Positions 37,475-46,993 of a DNA stretch of 64,000 nt are shown here, one piece after another. This stretch comes from a candidate division FCPU426 bacterium (lineage in GTDB: Bacteria > Oederibacteriota > Muellerivitia > Muellerivitales > Muellerivitaceae), in the NCBI GenBank assembly GCA_963719085.1, contig CAVRAL010000004.1:704001-768000 (forward strand), read 5' to 3'. The notes under the pieces were generated by a model. The model searched no databases, was not told where the DNA came from, and saw only the letters and a list, made by a program, of their open reading frames with translations. The position numbers and the translations under genes were made by a program. Within the stretch, counting starts at the first letter, position 1, and each line of letters starts with the position of its first letter.

Positions 37475-38074
37475 TTACTTGCTCGATCCAGTCACCGAAA
37501 CTCCCGAAGCGGCCGGGGTCGTCGCCGCCAAGGGCGCGCTCGGCGCGGCGGATGGAGGCTGCAGGGGCGCGAAAATACGGGCCGCGCGGGCCTGCCAGTT
37601 TTTATTCCGGTTCACAATAACTCCGAAGAAATGAAAGCTAGCCGGTTGCGCCGCGGTGCCGTCCGGCGCGGTCATGCCGGTCAAGGTCGCGGTCGCGTCC
37701 ACCAAGTACATGTTCGGCATAATATAGGTGAAGGAGAAATCGCTGAAGGACTGCTGGGTTCCCTTCAAGGGGCCCGTCAAATCACCCGTAATGACCTGCA
37801 ACACGCCGTCATGGCCCTGGCCCTGCTGGCCCATGGGATTGATCAAGGTCGCGTCGGACGTGAAATAGGAAGCCACCGTATTCGCGTCGCCCGCGTTCCA
37901 AGCTTTCGCCAATCCATTAAAGGCTTTTTTAATCGCCTGTTCGTCGCCGGCACCCGTGTCTTTTTTCTTTTTAACCAGCGCGGAAGCGGCCGGGCTCGTC
38001 GTGGGAGTATTTTGGGCGTAAAGGGTTGAAGTAAAGCCAATCGCCAGCAAGAGAATGAATAACTTCTTCACCAT
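37475..38074 (-). CDS. Secreted SgcJ/DUF4440 NTF2-like protein
   Basis: Signal peptide MVKKLFILLL..LYA, DEQAI..AWNAGDA..YFTSDA; Ala/Pro/Thr tails. Confidence 0.75.
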   Translation of the reverse strand: MVKKLFILLLAIGFTSTLYAQNTPTTSPAASALVKKKKDTGAGDEQAIKKAFNGLAKAWNAGDANTVASYFTSDATLINPMGQQGQGHDGVLQVITGDLTGPLKGTQQSFSDFSFTYIMPNMYLVDATATLTGMTAPDGTAAQPASFHFFGVIVNRNKNWQARAARIFAPLQPPSAAPSAPLAATTPAASGVSVTGSSK

Positions 38075-38259
38075 AGGGTTCTTCTCCTCAATTATTTTTT
38101 TCCTGATCCAAAAACCAAAAGACGGCGCCATTATGGCCAGCCTTTCTTAAGCCTGTCAATAAACTCCCGAATAAGAGCCGCCCACTTTCACGCCCCGGTT
38201 CGTCTAACGTTATACTTGTGGAAACTTGGCTTTCCCTATCGCCACGAAAGGCCTACCCC

Positions 38260-40158
38260 ATGCGGCTAAAGTGCTTGTCGATCGTTTTGAGCGTCTTTTT
38301 AATTCCGGCGTTTCGCGCGCAGGCCGCTCCGGCCTTTTTTTCAATCGATTGGAAAAAGGATAAGGCTTGGTTTGAAACCCCCGAAGGCGCTCCTTTTTTT
38401 TCCCTGGGAGTCAACGCCATCGCCGATCAATCTTATCGGGCGCCCAATGACGATTATTACAACCCGGTTAAAAACCAATATGGGGGAAATGTCGCCGCTT
38501 GGGATAAGGTCGTTTTACAGAGGCTCAAAACTTGGAAGTTTAACAGCCTGGGCGCCTGGTGCGACGACTCGCTTTTAAATCAAAAAGTTCCTTATACCTT
38601 CATGACCTATATCGCCCGAGGATCGGATTGGGATCGGGTTCTGGATAATGTTTTCAGCCCCGACTTTGAAACTCAAGTCCGCCAAAAGGCCGTGACCTAC
38701 GCCCGTTTTAAAAACGACCCATATTTGATCGGTTATTTTCTGGACAACGAACTTCCTTGGTGGGGACAAACGGGTTGGCGCGCCGAGGGCCAAAAAACCC
38801 TTTTGGAAAAATACGCGGGGTCCTTTTTGGATGAAAGCGCCGAGGCCGCGCTCGTCGGGTTTTTTAAAGACCGATATCAAAACAATATCCAGGCCTTCAA
38901 TAACGCGTGGGATACCTCTTACGCCTCGTTCGAGTCGTTCGGCGATCCGCTGACAATTCAAGTGAAAACCCGTCAGCAAAAATCGGACGCCAACGCTTGG
39001 GCGGGAGTCGTGGCCGAGCGTTATTTTTCCGTAACGACGTGCGCGCTGCGCGCCGCGGACCCCAATCATCTCATCTTAGGCGTCCGGTTCGCGGGAGAAA
39101 CCCCTTGGGAAGTCGTTCAAGCTTGCGGAAAATATTGCGACGTGGTTTCGGTGAATCAATACGAAAAATCAGGTCATATCGACAAAACCCTTTTAGATGA
39201 TTTTTACGTCAAATCGGGAAAACCGATTCTTTTAAGCGAATATTCTTTCAGCGCCTTGCAAAACCAAAGCGGCGATCCCGACACCCATGGAGCCGATGTG
39301 ACCGTCCCCACGCAAAAAGAACGCGCGCAATATTTAGACTCTTTCGCCAAGGAGGCCTTGGCGCTTCCCTATCTGGTCGGATTGCATTGGTTTGGATGGG
39401 CGGATGAGTCCCCCCGGGGCCGGTTTGACGGCGAGGATCAAAATTATGGTTTGGTGGACATAAAAGACGCGCCTTACGCGCTGGTTACCCAAGAGCATCA
39501 AAAGCTGAATGGACTGGCCCCCGCGCTTCACGCCCAATCCGCCACCCTCTTACCGGATCAATTCGTGTCGACGGAGTCGCAGGCGGATTACCGCCGCGCG
39601 GCGTTAGGCGCCGTCATTCCGAACAACCGGGCTTTTGTTAAATTAGACGCCTCGCCGATCCTTTATCCCTGGGGAGATAAGGCGACGGGCGGCACGGTGA
39701 GTTTATCGACCGCTTCCGGGGCGCTAGAGATCCAGTTTCAATCCGGGGGCGGCTGGGGCTGCGGTGTTTCGTGCCCTTCCAATGTCCCGCCCCTGGCGGC
39801 TCCCGGCGTGGTGGATTTGACCGGTTATAACCAGATTCAATTTGACGCTTTCGCGCCTCTGGGGGTCCGTTTTTTGATTTATTTATCCGAATCCGGCAAC
39901 GCGGACCCCTCGGCTAAAACTTTTTTAGGCCTTAACGGCGCCGACGGGGAATCTTATAGCTTTCCCTCGCTCGAGGGCTCGGGCCATTGGCAAACCTATC
40001 GGATTCATCTGGAGGATTTGGAAAAGCGGAGCGAATGGGGAAACCAGAAGGGAAATAATATTTTGGATCTTCAAGCCATTTCGGACCTGGATTTTTACAT
40101 TCCGGGCGGCCAGGGCGACGGGAAAATCATCGTTAAAAATATCCGTTTCCAGAAATAG
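38260..40158 (+). CDS. Secreted glycoside hydrolase, GH50 (beta-agarase-like), with C-terminal CBM-like domain
   Basis: Signal peptide, FFSLGVN, FNSLGAW, GYFLDNEL, DPNHLILGVRF, KPILLSEY, GEDQNYGLVD. Confidence 0.75.
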   Translation: MRLKCLSIVLSVFLIPAFRAQAAPAFFSIDWKKDKAWFETPEGAPFFSLGVNAIADQSYRAPNDDYYNPVKNQYGGNVAAWDKVVLQRLKTWKFNSLGAWCDDSLLNQKVPYTFMTYIARGSDWDRVLDNVFSPDFETQVRQKAVTYARFKNDPYLIGYFLDNELPWWGQTGWRAEGQKTLLEKYAGSFLDESAEAALVGFFKDRYQNNIQAFNNAWDTSYASFESFGDPLTIQVKTRQQKSDANAWAGVVAERYFSVTTCALRAADPNHLILGVRFAGETPWEVVQACGKYCDVVSVNQYEKSGHIDKTLLDDFYVKSGKPILLSEYSFSALQNQSGDPDTHGADVTVPTQKERAQYLDSFAKEALALPYLVGLHWFGWADESPRGRFDGEDQNYGLVDIKDAPYALVTQEHQKLNGLAPALHAQSATLLPDQFVSTESQADYRRAALGAVIPNNRAFVKLDASPILYPWGDKATGGTVSLSTASGALEIQFQSGGGWGCGVSCPSNVPPLAAPGVVDLTGYNQIQFDAFAPLGVRFLIYLSESGNADPSAKTFLGLNGADGESYSFPSLEGSGHWQTYRIHLEDLEKRSEWGNQKGNNILDLQAISDLDFYIPGGQGDGKIIVKNIRFQK

Positions 40159-40172
40159 TCTGTTTAACTGTT

Positions 40173-40595
40173 CTATTCGCAAGGATAAGAAATGACGTTC
40201 AATTCTATTGAGTTTTTTGCGAGCCAAGAAAGATGTTTTGGCGAAATAAAAACGCTCGGATAGGCTGCCTTTTCTATATTCCAATATTCCGCGATACAAA
40301 CGGTTAAACGCGCGTCCGAAGGAAGAACCCCCGGATCAAAAATATGGCTATTTTCAAATCGTTTGATCAACGCGCTTAAATTTTTGGAAAGAGATAAAGC
40401 TGATTTTGACTTTTTTTCAAACCAACGCCAATTTGTGAATTTAGCTTTTATCTTTCTAAATTCCGAGGTTTCCCCCCGATTTATTCCGCCGTAATGCTCG
40501 ATGCCAATATCCGAAGATAATTTTTCAATAGTTCTCTGGCGGGTACAAATTTCAATGGAAAGATCGAATTCTCTGGCGATTTTTTTATTCATCAT
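40173..40595 (-). CDS. Hypothetical protein, DUF4279-like
   Basis: AT-rich ORF; C-terminal VFISPKHLSWLAKNSIELNVISY resembles DUF4279. Confidence 0.5.
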   Translation of the reverse strand: MMNKKIAREFDLSIEICTRQRTIEKLSSDIGIEHYGGINRGETSEFRKIKAKFTNWRWFEKKSKSALSLSKNLSALIKRFENSHIFDPGVLPSDARLTVCIAEYWNIEKAAYPSVFISPKHLSWLAKNSIELNVISYPCE

Positions 40596-40608
40596 TTGGA
40601 CATGGGCG

Positions 40609-41817
40609 TTAGTTGCTGAACTGGGCTTTGACCGCGAGGAACTTTTCAATGTTGTTCAAGAAAGCTTGAACAATTTTGGGGTCAAAATGGCGGCCGCTTC
40701 CCTCTTTGATGATATCCAGGGACTGTTCCAGCGGAAAAGCCGGTTTGTAGCAGCGTTTGGACGTGAGGGCGTCAAACACGTCCGCCAGCGCCACGATGCG
40801 GCCCGACAAGGGAATATTTTCGCCTTTCAGCCCGCGCGGATATCCGCTTCCATCCCATTTTTCATGATGCGTGAAGGCGATCTGCTCCGAAACCCGCAAC
40901 AAATCCGCTTTGGCGTTTTCCAAAATTTTCGCCCCGAAGATCGTGTGATTTTGCATTTCCTTGAATTCTTGGGGCGTCAGTTTTCCTGGTTTCATCAGGA
41001 TGGAGTCGGGCACACCGAGTTTCCCAATGTCATGCATGGGCGAGGCGTATTGGATGCTTTCCACTTCCGCCTTCGATAACCCCAACCCTTCGGCCAAGAT
41101 GGAAGAATAGCGGCTCATGCGATGAATGTGGGCCGCCGTATCGTCGTCTTTATATTCGGCGGCGACGGACAGGCGGAAGATGGTATCCAGATAAGCTTCT
41201 TTGAGTTCCTGGGTTAAAAGGGCGTTGCGGATAGCGATCGCCGCCTGGCTGGCCAAGGACAACACCAAATTCTCAAAATGTTTATCAAAGGGAATGATGG
41301 TTTTTTTCTTGCGCGCGTTGATGAGCTGGATCACGCCCACCACCTTGCCGTGGGCGTCCTTCATGGGAACGATCAACATGCTTTTGGTTCGGTAGTTATT
41401 TTTTTCGTCGAAGGAACGGTTGAAACGGTATTCCCGGGCGGAAGGAATTTTATAAGCGTCCGGAATGTTCAGCGTTTTTCCCGTGACCCCGACATAACCG
41501 GCCAGCGAGCTTTTATCCAGGGAGATATAAAACCCCGTGAAGGTGGCCGGAACCACTTCCAGCGGTTTTTTTAATTTTTTAAGCTCGGCCTTTTTTCGCT
41601 CTTCCATGACTTCGTTTTGGCTGACCGCGAAGCGCAATTGCTCGCCTTCGCGCACATAAAGGCTTCCCGCCTCCGCTCCGGTAAAATTACGGCTCTCATT
41701 TAAGATCAGGGTGAGAAGCTGATTGAGATTATTTTCTTGGGTGAGGGCGATACCGATTTTATTCAACGCGAGCAATTGCTCTTGAAGGTTGTTGACGCTC
41801 ATTTGGGCTTTAGGCAT
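40609..41817 (-). CDS. GAF + HD-GYP cyclic dinucleotide phosphodiesterase
   Basis: GAF (YRTKSMLIVPM..GVIQLIN), MHDIGK, HHEKWDGSGYP, ADVFDALT. Confidence 0.93.
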   Translation of the reverse strand: MPKAQMSVNNLQEQLLALNKIGIALTQENNLNQLLTLILNESRNFTGAEAGSLYVREGEQLRFAVSQNEVMEERKKAELKKLKKPLEVVPATFTGFYISLDKSSLAGYVGVTGKTLNIPDAYKIPSAREYRFNRSFDEKNNYRTKSMLIVPMKDAHGKVVGVIQLINARKKKTIIPFDKHFENLVLSLASQAAIAIRNALLTQELKEAYLDTIFRLSVAAEYKDDDTAAHIHRMSRYSSILAEGLGLSKAEVESIQYASPMHDIGKLGVPDSILMKPGKLTPQEFKEMQNHTIFGAKILENAKADLLRVSEQIAFTHHEKWDGSGYPRGLKGENIPLSGRIVALADVFDALTSKRCYKPAFPLEQSLDIIKEGSGRHFDPKIVQAFLNNIEKFLAVKAQFSN

Positions 41818-41925
41818 ACGGGTTTCCTTGCGTAAGTTCGAGGAATCAAGATACCTTGAAAAGTGGGCCATTTACAAGGGCCATGGAGACCGAAAAAGGC
41901 CGGGAGAAACCGGTTAAAAGCGCTT

Positions 41926-42366
41926 CTAGCCCTTCGAAAGGAGCCGGTTGATTTTGCCCCGAACCTTCGGGGGAATGGGCCTGGATTTAAGATCCAAGGT
42001 GTTCACGAACACCAAAACCTGACGGGCGTCCGCGATAAGCCGGTAAGATCCCTTAAGGCGGAAGTCATAACCAATCGTGATGGAGCTTCTGCCCATTTTT
42101 TCCACCCAGCCGGTGCCCAAAAGAATGTCCTCAAATCGGGCCGGCGAGACGTAATTGATTTCCACATGGGCCATCACGGTCCAAAGCTTGGCCGAACGGA
42201 CTTGTTTGAAGGAAAACCCGAGCTTTTTCGATAACTCATACCGAACCCGTTCCAAAAATCGGATGAATTCGGTGTTATTGACGATGCCCTGGTAATCCGT
42301 CTCAAAAGACATGATGGGCATCGCGACGGTGAGCTGGGTTTTATTTTTGGAGGTCCCTTTGGCCAT
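41926..42366 (-). CDS. Acyl-CoA thioesterase (4HBT/YbgC family)
   Basis: ETDYQGIVNN..RFLE, INYVSPARFED hotdog motifs. Confidence 0.85.
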   Translation of the reverse strand: MAKGTSKNKTQLTVAMPIMSFETDYQGIVNNTEFIRFLERVRYELSKKLGFSFKQVRSAKLWTVMAHVEINYVSPARFEDILLGTGWVEKMGRSSITIGYDFRLKGSYRLIADARQVLVFVNTLDLKSRPIPPKVRGKINRLLSKG

Positions 42367-42420
42367 GCGCGCAGTATAACGGCCGGATTTCGGTTTTAAA
42401 ATTAATTTTGGCGGGAAACT

Positions 42421-45402
42421 TTACCAACTCACCGGGCATTTCACGATTTCGCCGGATTGCTTGTGCTTGAAGAGGACATATTTTTTTTCCTGGCCGAATT
42501 TCCAAAGATCATGGGTCAACTTCACGTCCATTTGGCAATAATCGATGACCTGCTGGTATTTTCCCTCCCGCCACCATTGGACTGCCAAAAGGCCGTCGGC
42601 GCTTTTTTCGGCCCCCCCCAGGGTATGTTGGGCCAGATGCGCCAGCGAAAGCCGGTGGTTGAGCTTCTTTTGAAGGTCCGCCATTAAATCCAACGACGGC
42701 AATTTTTGCAGGGCGAAGGAAGTGTAACCTTGCAAAACGCCATAGTCGAATCGCAGGGTATTAAAGCCAATGACCAGGGACGAGGCCTTCAGGTGCGCGA
42801 TCAATTCACCGACATTTTCCTCGCCGTAGGTGAAGTAACGGGCCTGGTCCACGTCATAAACCACCGCGCAAGAAAGTTTCATGCCAGGGAGGTTTCCCCA
42901 ACCTCCGGAAATTTCCGCGGCCAAATACTGCGTCTCAATATCAAAAACCACCGGGCCGGTTTTTCCCGGCGCCGGCTCGGTTGAAAAAAGCGATGGGACG
43001 GTTTGAGTTTTCTTTTCCGGGGGCTTCGAGACTTTTTCAACCGGTAAAGTTTCTTTGGGTGAAGGCTCCGGTTGAAGGCCCGGAAGCGCCGGCTGAAGAT
43101 CCTCCCGGCCCAACAAATGGGCGAGTAACAAAATCGCTCCTTTTTTATCGAGCGGATGGTTCCCGCTCCCGCATTTGGGCGACTGAACACAGGAAGGGCA
43201 GCCTTCCTCGCATTCGCAGTCTCGGATCATCTCAAAGGTCGTGGTCAACAGCTCTTCCATTGTCTCATAGGCGCGCTCGGTGAGCCCCACGCCGCCCGGA
43301 GTGCCATCATAGATAAAAATAACGGGTTGGGGAACCTGGGGATGGGCGGGCGTTGAGATGCCGCCCAAATCCCAACGGTCGCAAACCACATGGAGCGGCA
43401 TCATGGCGATGGTGCCGTGTTCGGCCGCGTGAAGCCCGCCCATAAAATGAAGTTTCAAGTCCGCCAAGCGCCGCTGCAAATGATCCGGCAACGTGAACCA
43501 AAGCGCCCGGGTCTCAAAGGTTTGGGGCGGCAATGTCAAAGGGTAGGTGGACACCAAAGACCGATCCAAAATCCGGTGCACCTCGTAATTGATGAAGCGC
43601 TGGGTGATCTTCACCCGGCCCCATTGGATTTCGCTTTGGGCTTTCGCCGGCCCTAAGGGGCGCTTTTTGATCTGCTCCAAAATCTCGGTTTCTTCCTCGT
43701 AATTGACCTGGGTGTAATAATCCACCGGTTCGTCCCGAATGAGGATCTTGTGCTGCTCCCATTGGAGCTCTTTCACCACATATTGAACCCCTTGATGCAG
43801 ATAAACCGCGCCGGGGTGGCAGTCGCGGAAAGCGCGCATGCCGTCAATCGTGCCGATGAGTTCTCCCGTGTCTTGCAGGATGATTTGGTAGCCTTCGCCC
43901 ATGTCGCGGATATTGACGCCTCGTTGGGGGTTCTTGTCCGTGACCAGCCATTTTCCGCCATTAGCCGATTCCAAAATAGCGCCTTGCGCCACGAGCGAGG
44001 GGAGCAGCTCTTGCATCAGTTGCCCATAAAAAGGGGTGTCTTGTTCGAGGGTGAGCGGAAATTCGGAAGCCGCGCAGCGCAAGTGGGCCTTGGCGATGGT
44101 CTCGTTCTCAAACCCCACCATCAGCGATTCAGGTTTCATGGTGAAAAATTTGGCGGGATGTTTCATCCAGTACTGATCCATGGCGTCCGCCATCGCCACC
44201 AAAAAAACAACCGAGGGCGCGTCGCCCCGGCCCACCCGGCCTGAACGCTGCCAGGTAGAGATCATGGTTCCCGGATAGCCCACCAAAATACAAGAGTCCA
44301 ATCCCCCCACGTCAATCCCCACCTCCAAAGCCGAGGTGGAAATGACCGCTTTTAACTCATCTTTAAAAAGTTTTCCCTCGATCTCCCGGCGCTCCTCCGG
44401 CAGATAGCCGGCCCGGTAACTTTTAATTTGCGCGGCCCATTCGGGCCTGGCTTGGGTCACCCAAAGGCTGATAAGTTCGGTGATCTTCCGCGCCTTGGTA
44501 AATACAATGGTTTTCATTCCGGCTTTAAGGCACTCGATCAACAAGGTCACCGCTTCGGTATAGGGCGAAGCCGTATCCGGATTCCACAATACGAAGGTCT
44601 TGGCGTTTTGGGGGGCTCCGGTTTCAGAGACAATCTCGAAAGGAAGCCCGGTTAAGCGGCTCAAAAACTCATCCGGATTTCCCAGCGTGGCCGAACAAGT
44701 GACAAACTGCGGATCGCTTCCATAATGCCGGCAGATCCGCCGCAAGCGGCGCAGGACGTGGGCCACATGGGATCCAAAGACTCCCCGATAGCTATGCGCT
44801 TCATCCACGACCACGTACTTTAAGTTTTTAAAAAAGTCGGACCAACCGTCATGAAAAGCCAAAATGCCCAAATGAAGCATATCGGGATTGGTTAAAAGAA
44901 TATTCGGGGGATTCTTTTTTATTTTTCCCCTTACCCCGGTCGGCGTATCCCCGTCATAAATTTCGGCGCTCACCAAAGGAAGCTTCGCGGACTTCAACCG
45001 GCCCGACCACTCTTGCAGGGTTTTCAGTTGGTCCTGGGCCAAGGCTTTCATGGGGTAAAGATAAAGGGCCCGGGAAGCGGGATTTTTTAAAACCGATTGG
45101 ATCACGGGCAAATTAAAGCAAAGGGTTTTGCCCGAAGCCGTGGGCGTGGTCACCGCGACATTTTTTCCGTTCAGAAGCGCGTCGATGGCCTGGGCTTGAT
45201 GGGTCCAAAGCGACTCCACGCCTGATTTTTTTACCACGGAGATAAGTTCGGAGGACAGGCCCGCCGGCCAATCTTGAAACCGGGCTTTTCGAGGGGGGAT
45301 AGCCTCCACGTGTTTGAGCCGGTCTTTTAAATCTTCCCGGGAGCGCAAAACGGAAAGCAGTTGGGAAAAAATCGACTTCGAGGGGGAAAGCTTCAGGGCC
45401 AT
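42421..45402 (-). CDS. DEAH helicase with DUF1998 (MrfA/Hrq1-like) fused to a YprB/MrfB-like DEDD exonuclease
   Basis: TPTASGKT, DEAH, SAT, QRSGRVGR, CECEEGCPSC; C-terminal VFDIET, GFN..FD, YCQMDV. Confidence 0.88.
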   Translation of the reverse strand: MALKLSPSKSIFSQLLSVLRSREDLKDRLKHVEAIPPRKARFQDWPAGLSSELISVVKKSGVESLWTHQAQAIDALLNGKNVAVTTPTASGKTLCFNLPVIQSVLKNPASRALYLYPMKALAQDQLKTLQEWSGRLKSAKLPLVSAEIYDGDTPTGVRGKIKKNPPNILLTNPDMLHLGILAFHDGWSDFFKNLKYVVVDEAHSYRGVFGSHVAHVLRRLRRICRHYGSDPQFVTCSATLGNPDEFLSRLTGLPFEIVSETGAPQNAKTFVLWNPDTASPYTEAVTLLIECLKAGMKTIVFTKARKITELISLWVTQARPEWAAQIKSYRAGYLPEERREIEGKLFKDELKAVISTSALEVGIDVGGLDSCILVGYPGTMISTWQRSGRVGRGDAPSVVFLVAMADAMDQYWMKHPAKFFTMKPESLMVGFENETIAKAHLRCAASEFPLTLEQDTPFYGQLMQELLPSLVAQGAILESANGGKWLVTDKNPQRGVNIRDMGEGYQIILQDTGELIGTIDGMRAFRDCHPGAVYLHQGVQYVVKELQWEQHKILIRDEPVDYYTQVNYEEETEILEQIKKRPLGPAKAQSEIQWGRVKITQRFINYEVHRILDRSLVSTYPLTLPPQTFETRALWFTLPDHLQRRLADLKLHFMGGLHAAEHGTIAMMPLHVVCDRWDLGGISTPAHPQVPQPVIFIYDGTPGGVGLTERAYETMEELLTTTFEMIRDCECEEGCPSCVQSPKCGSGNHPLDKKGAILLLAHLLGREDLQPALPGLQPEPSPKETLPVEKVSKPPEKKTQTVPSLFSTEPAPGKTGPVVFDIETQYLAAEISGGWGNLPGMKLSCAVVYDVDQARYFTYGEENVGELIAHLKASSLVIGFNTLRFDYGVLQGYTSFALQKLPSLDLMADLQKKLNHRLSLAHLAQHTLGGAEKSADGLLAVQWWREGKYQQVIDYCQMDVKLTHDLWKFGQEKKYVLFKHKQSGEIVKCPVSW

Positions 45403-45464
45403 GGGCGAATTGTACGGTTTTTTTCGAAGGATTCAAAGGCGGGGCCCACGAACCTTTAAAAAAC

Positions 45465-45495
45465 AAAAAGACCCGCCAAAAGACGGGTCTTTTTT
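45465..45495. terminator. Intrinsic terminator downstream of dnaN
   Basis: AAAAAGACCCG-8nt-CGGGTCTTTTT. Confidence 0.8.
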
Positions 45496-45517
45496 AAAGC
45501 GCCGGGAAAATGAACCC

Positions 45518-46642
45518 TTAGACCCGCATGGGCATAATCACGCAAAGATAGTCGGAGTCGCCTTTGGGTTTCAAAATACCGGGGCTCAAGGGTTGGGTCA
45601 ATTCAATGGAAACTTGGTCGGTCCCAATGTTCTTCAAAACGTCCAAAACATATTTGGCGTTATAAGCGATGCTGATTTCCTCGCCCTTATAAGAAGCGTC
45701 GATTTCTTCCTTAGCTTCCCCCATATCCGGGGTTTTGGACGAGATCGATATTTTCCCCGCTTTGATTTGATATCGAATCGAATTGGATTTCTCGGAGGTC
45801 AAAATAGCCACGCGTTTGGTCGCCGAGGATAATTCGGAGGTTGAAACCTCCACTTTTTTGTCCGAGTCTTTCGGGATCACTTGTTCGTAATTGGGGAATT
45901 GGCCCTCGATTAAGCGGGAAATAATTTCGACGCCTTCCACCGTAAACTTAATTTGATTTTCGGTCGTCACGACTTCCACCGTGGGCTCTTCCTTTTCTTC
46001 TTTTCCTTTGGCCACATCCGAAATGACTTTGGATAACTCATTTAAGGTTTTGGTGGGGATAATCACGTTCGCTTTTCCTTCACCCTTTCCTTCTAATTTC
46101 TTTTGGATATAAGCCAAACGATGGCCATCAGTGGCAACCATTTTCAGTTTTTCATTCTCGACTTGAAAATAAACCCCGTTTAAAACATAGCGGGTTTCGT
46201 CCGTCGAGACCGCGAAAATGGTCTTATGGATCATTTCTTGAAGTAAGGATCCTTTAATTTTAAAAACTTTTTCTTTTTTAACTTCCGGCAGGATAGGAAA
46301 GTCGTCTTTGGGTAAACCGTGCACTTTGAATTGGGATTTTTGACAAACTAAAATCATCTTTTGGTTCTCATCAATTTCGATATCAACTGAAGCTTCCGGT
46401 AATTCCCGGACGATATCCGCGAGTTTTTTCGCGTTAATCGTGATGCTTCCCTTTTCCACTACCTCCGCCACAACTGAGCAGCGAATCCCCATATCTAAAT
46501 CCGTCGCGACAAACTCCAATTTTTTATCCCGGGCCTCTAAAAGCACATTCGCCAAGATGGGCATGGTATTTTTAGTGGCCACCGCGCTTTGAACCGTTGA
46601 GATACCTTTTAACAAGTCCGCCCGATTTAAAACCACTTTCAT
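45518..46642 (-). CDS. dnaN: DNA polymerase III beta clamp
   Basis: PILANVL, ATDL, DETRYVLNGV, VATDGHRLA, SRLIEGQFPNY, VIMPMRV. Confidence 0.98.
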   Translation of the reverse strand: MKVVLNRADLLKGISTVQSAVATKNTMPILANVLLEARDKKLEFVATDLDMGIRCSVVAEVVEKGSITINAKKLADIVRELPEASVDIEIDENQKMILVCQKSQFKVHGLPKDDFPILPEVKKEKVFKIKGSLLQEMIHKTIFAVSTDETRYVLNGVYFQVENEKLKMVATDGHRLAYIQKKLEGKGEGKANVIIPTKTLNELSKVISDVAKGKEEKEEPTVEVVTTENQIKFTVEGVEIISRLIEGQFPNYEQVIPKDSDKKVEVSTSELSSATKRVAILTSEKSNSIRYQIKAGKISISSKTPDMGEAKEEIDASYKGEEISIAYNAKYVLDVLKNIGTDQVSIELTQPLSPGILKPKGDSDYLCVIMPMRV

Positions 46643-46689
46643 TTGAAAAGCTCCTTGAAGGTAAATTCGTGGTGACGACTATTGTTTCA

Positions 46690-46980
46690 AAAGACTTTTA
46701 AATTTAACCAAGAGTAGTCGTAGTGGGTGTTGAGGATATGTGCAAATCATTCGGAAATTGATTCCCTGTAATGGTTAGAGCCGAAAAAACGATGGGAATA
46801 ATTTGGGGGTATTATAAGAGAAATCCACAGACCCGCAACTCTTTTGCCCGAAACCGCGACTTATACCCAGGGAGTTCGGCCTTTTGTGAATTTATTTGGG
46901 GAGAACCAGGACGCAAGAGAAAATTTGAATCTTAAATAAAGGACTTGGGGATGGATTTGAATAACTTCGTGGATAAGTCG
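46690..46980. promoter_or_regulatory. oriC part between dnaA and dnaN: AT-rich tract, DnaA-trios and degenerate DnaA boxes
   Basis: Trios GAG TAG TCG TAG 46712-46723; overlapping boxes TGAGGATAT/TGTGCAAAT 46731-46747; TGGGAATAA 46793, TTATACCCA 46861, TTTGAATAA 46956, CGTGGATAA 46968. Confidence 0.75.
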
Positions 46981-46993
46981 CGGGAGGCTTAGC

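Noticed and set aside
37298..38029. 243-aa plus-strand ORF and similar overlapping ORFs (1901-2659, 3783-4523, 30041-30841)
   Set aside because: Alternate-frame or antisense overlaps of well-supported genes, without motifs
42421..45402. DISARM or Druantia defence helicase (DUF1998)
   Set aside because: No methylase, DrmA or other defence genes adjacent; architecture fits MrfA/Hrq1 repair helicases
45403..45517. Inverted repeats or IS scars shared with 61030-61382 marking inversion ends
   Set aside because: Only low-complexity A/T similarity seen; no convincing shared repeat or transposase
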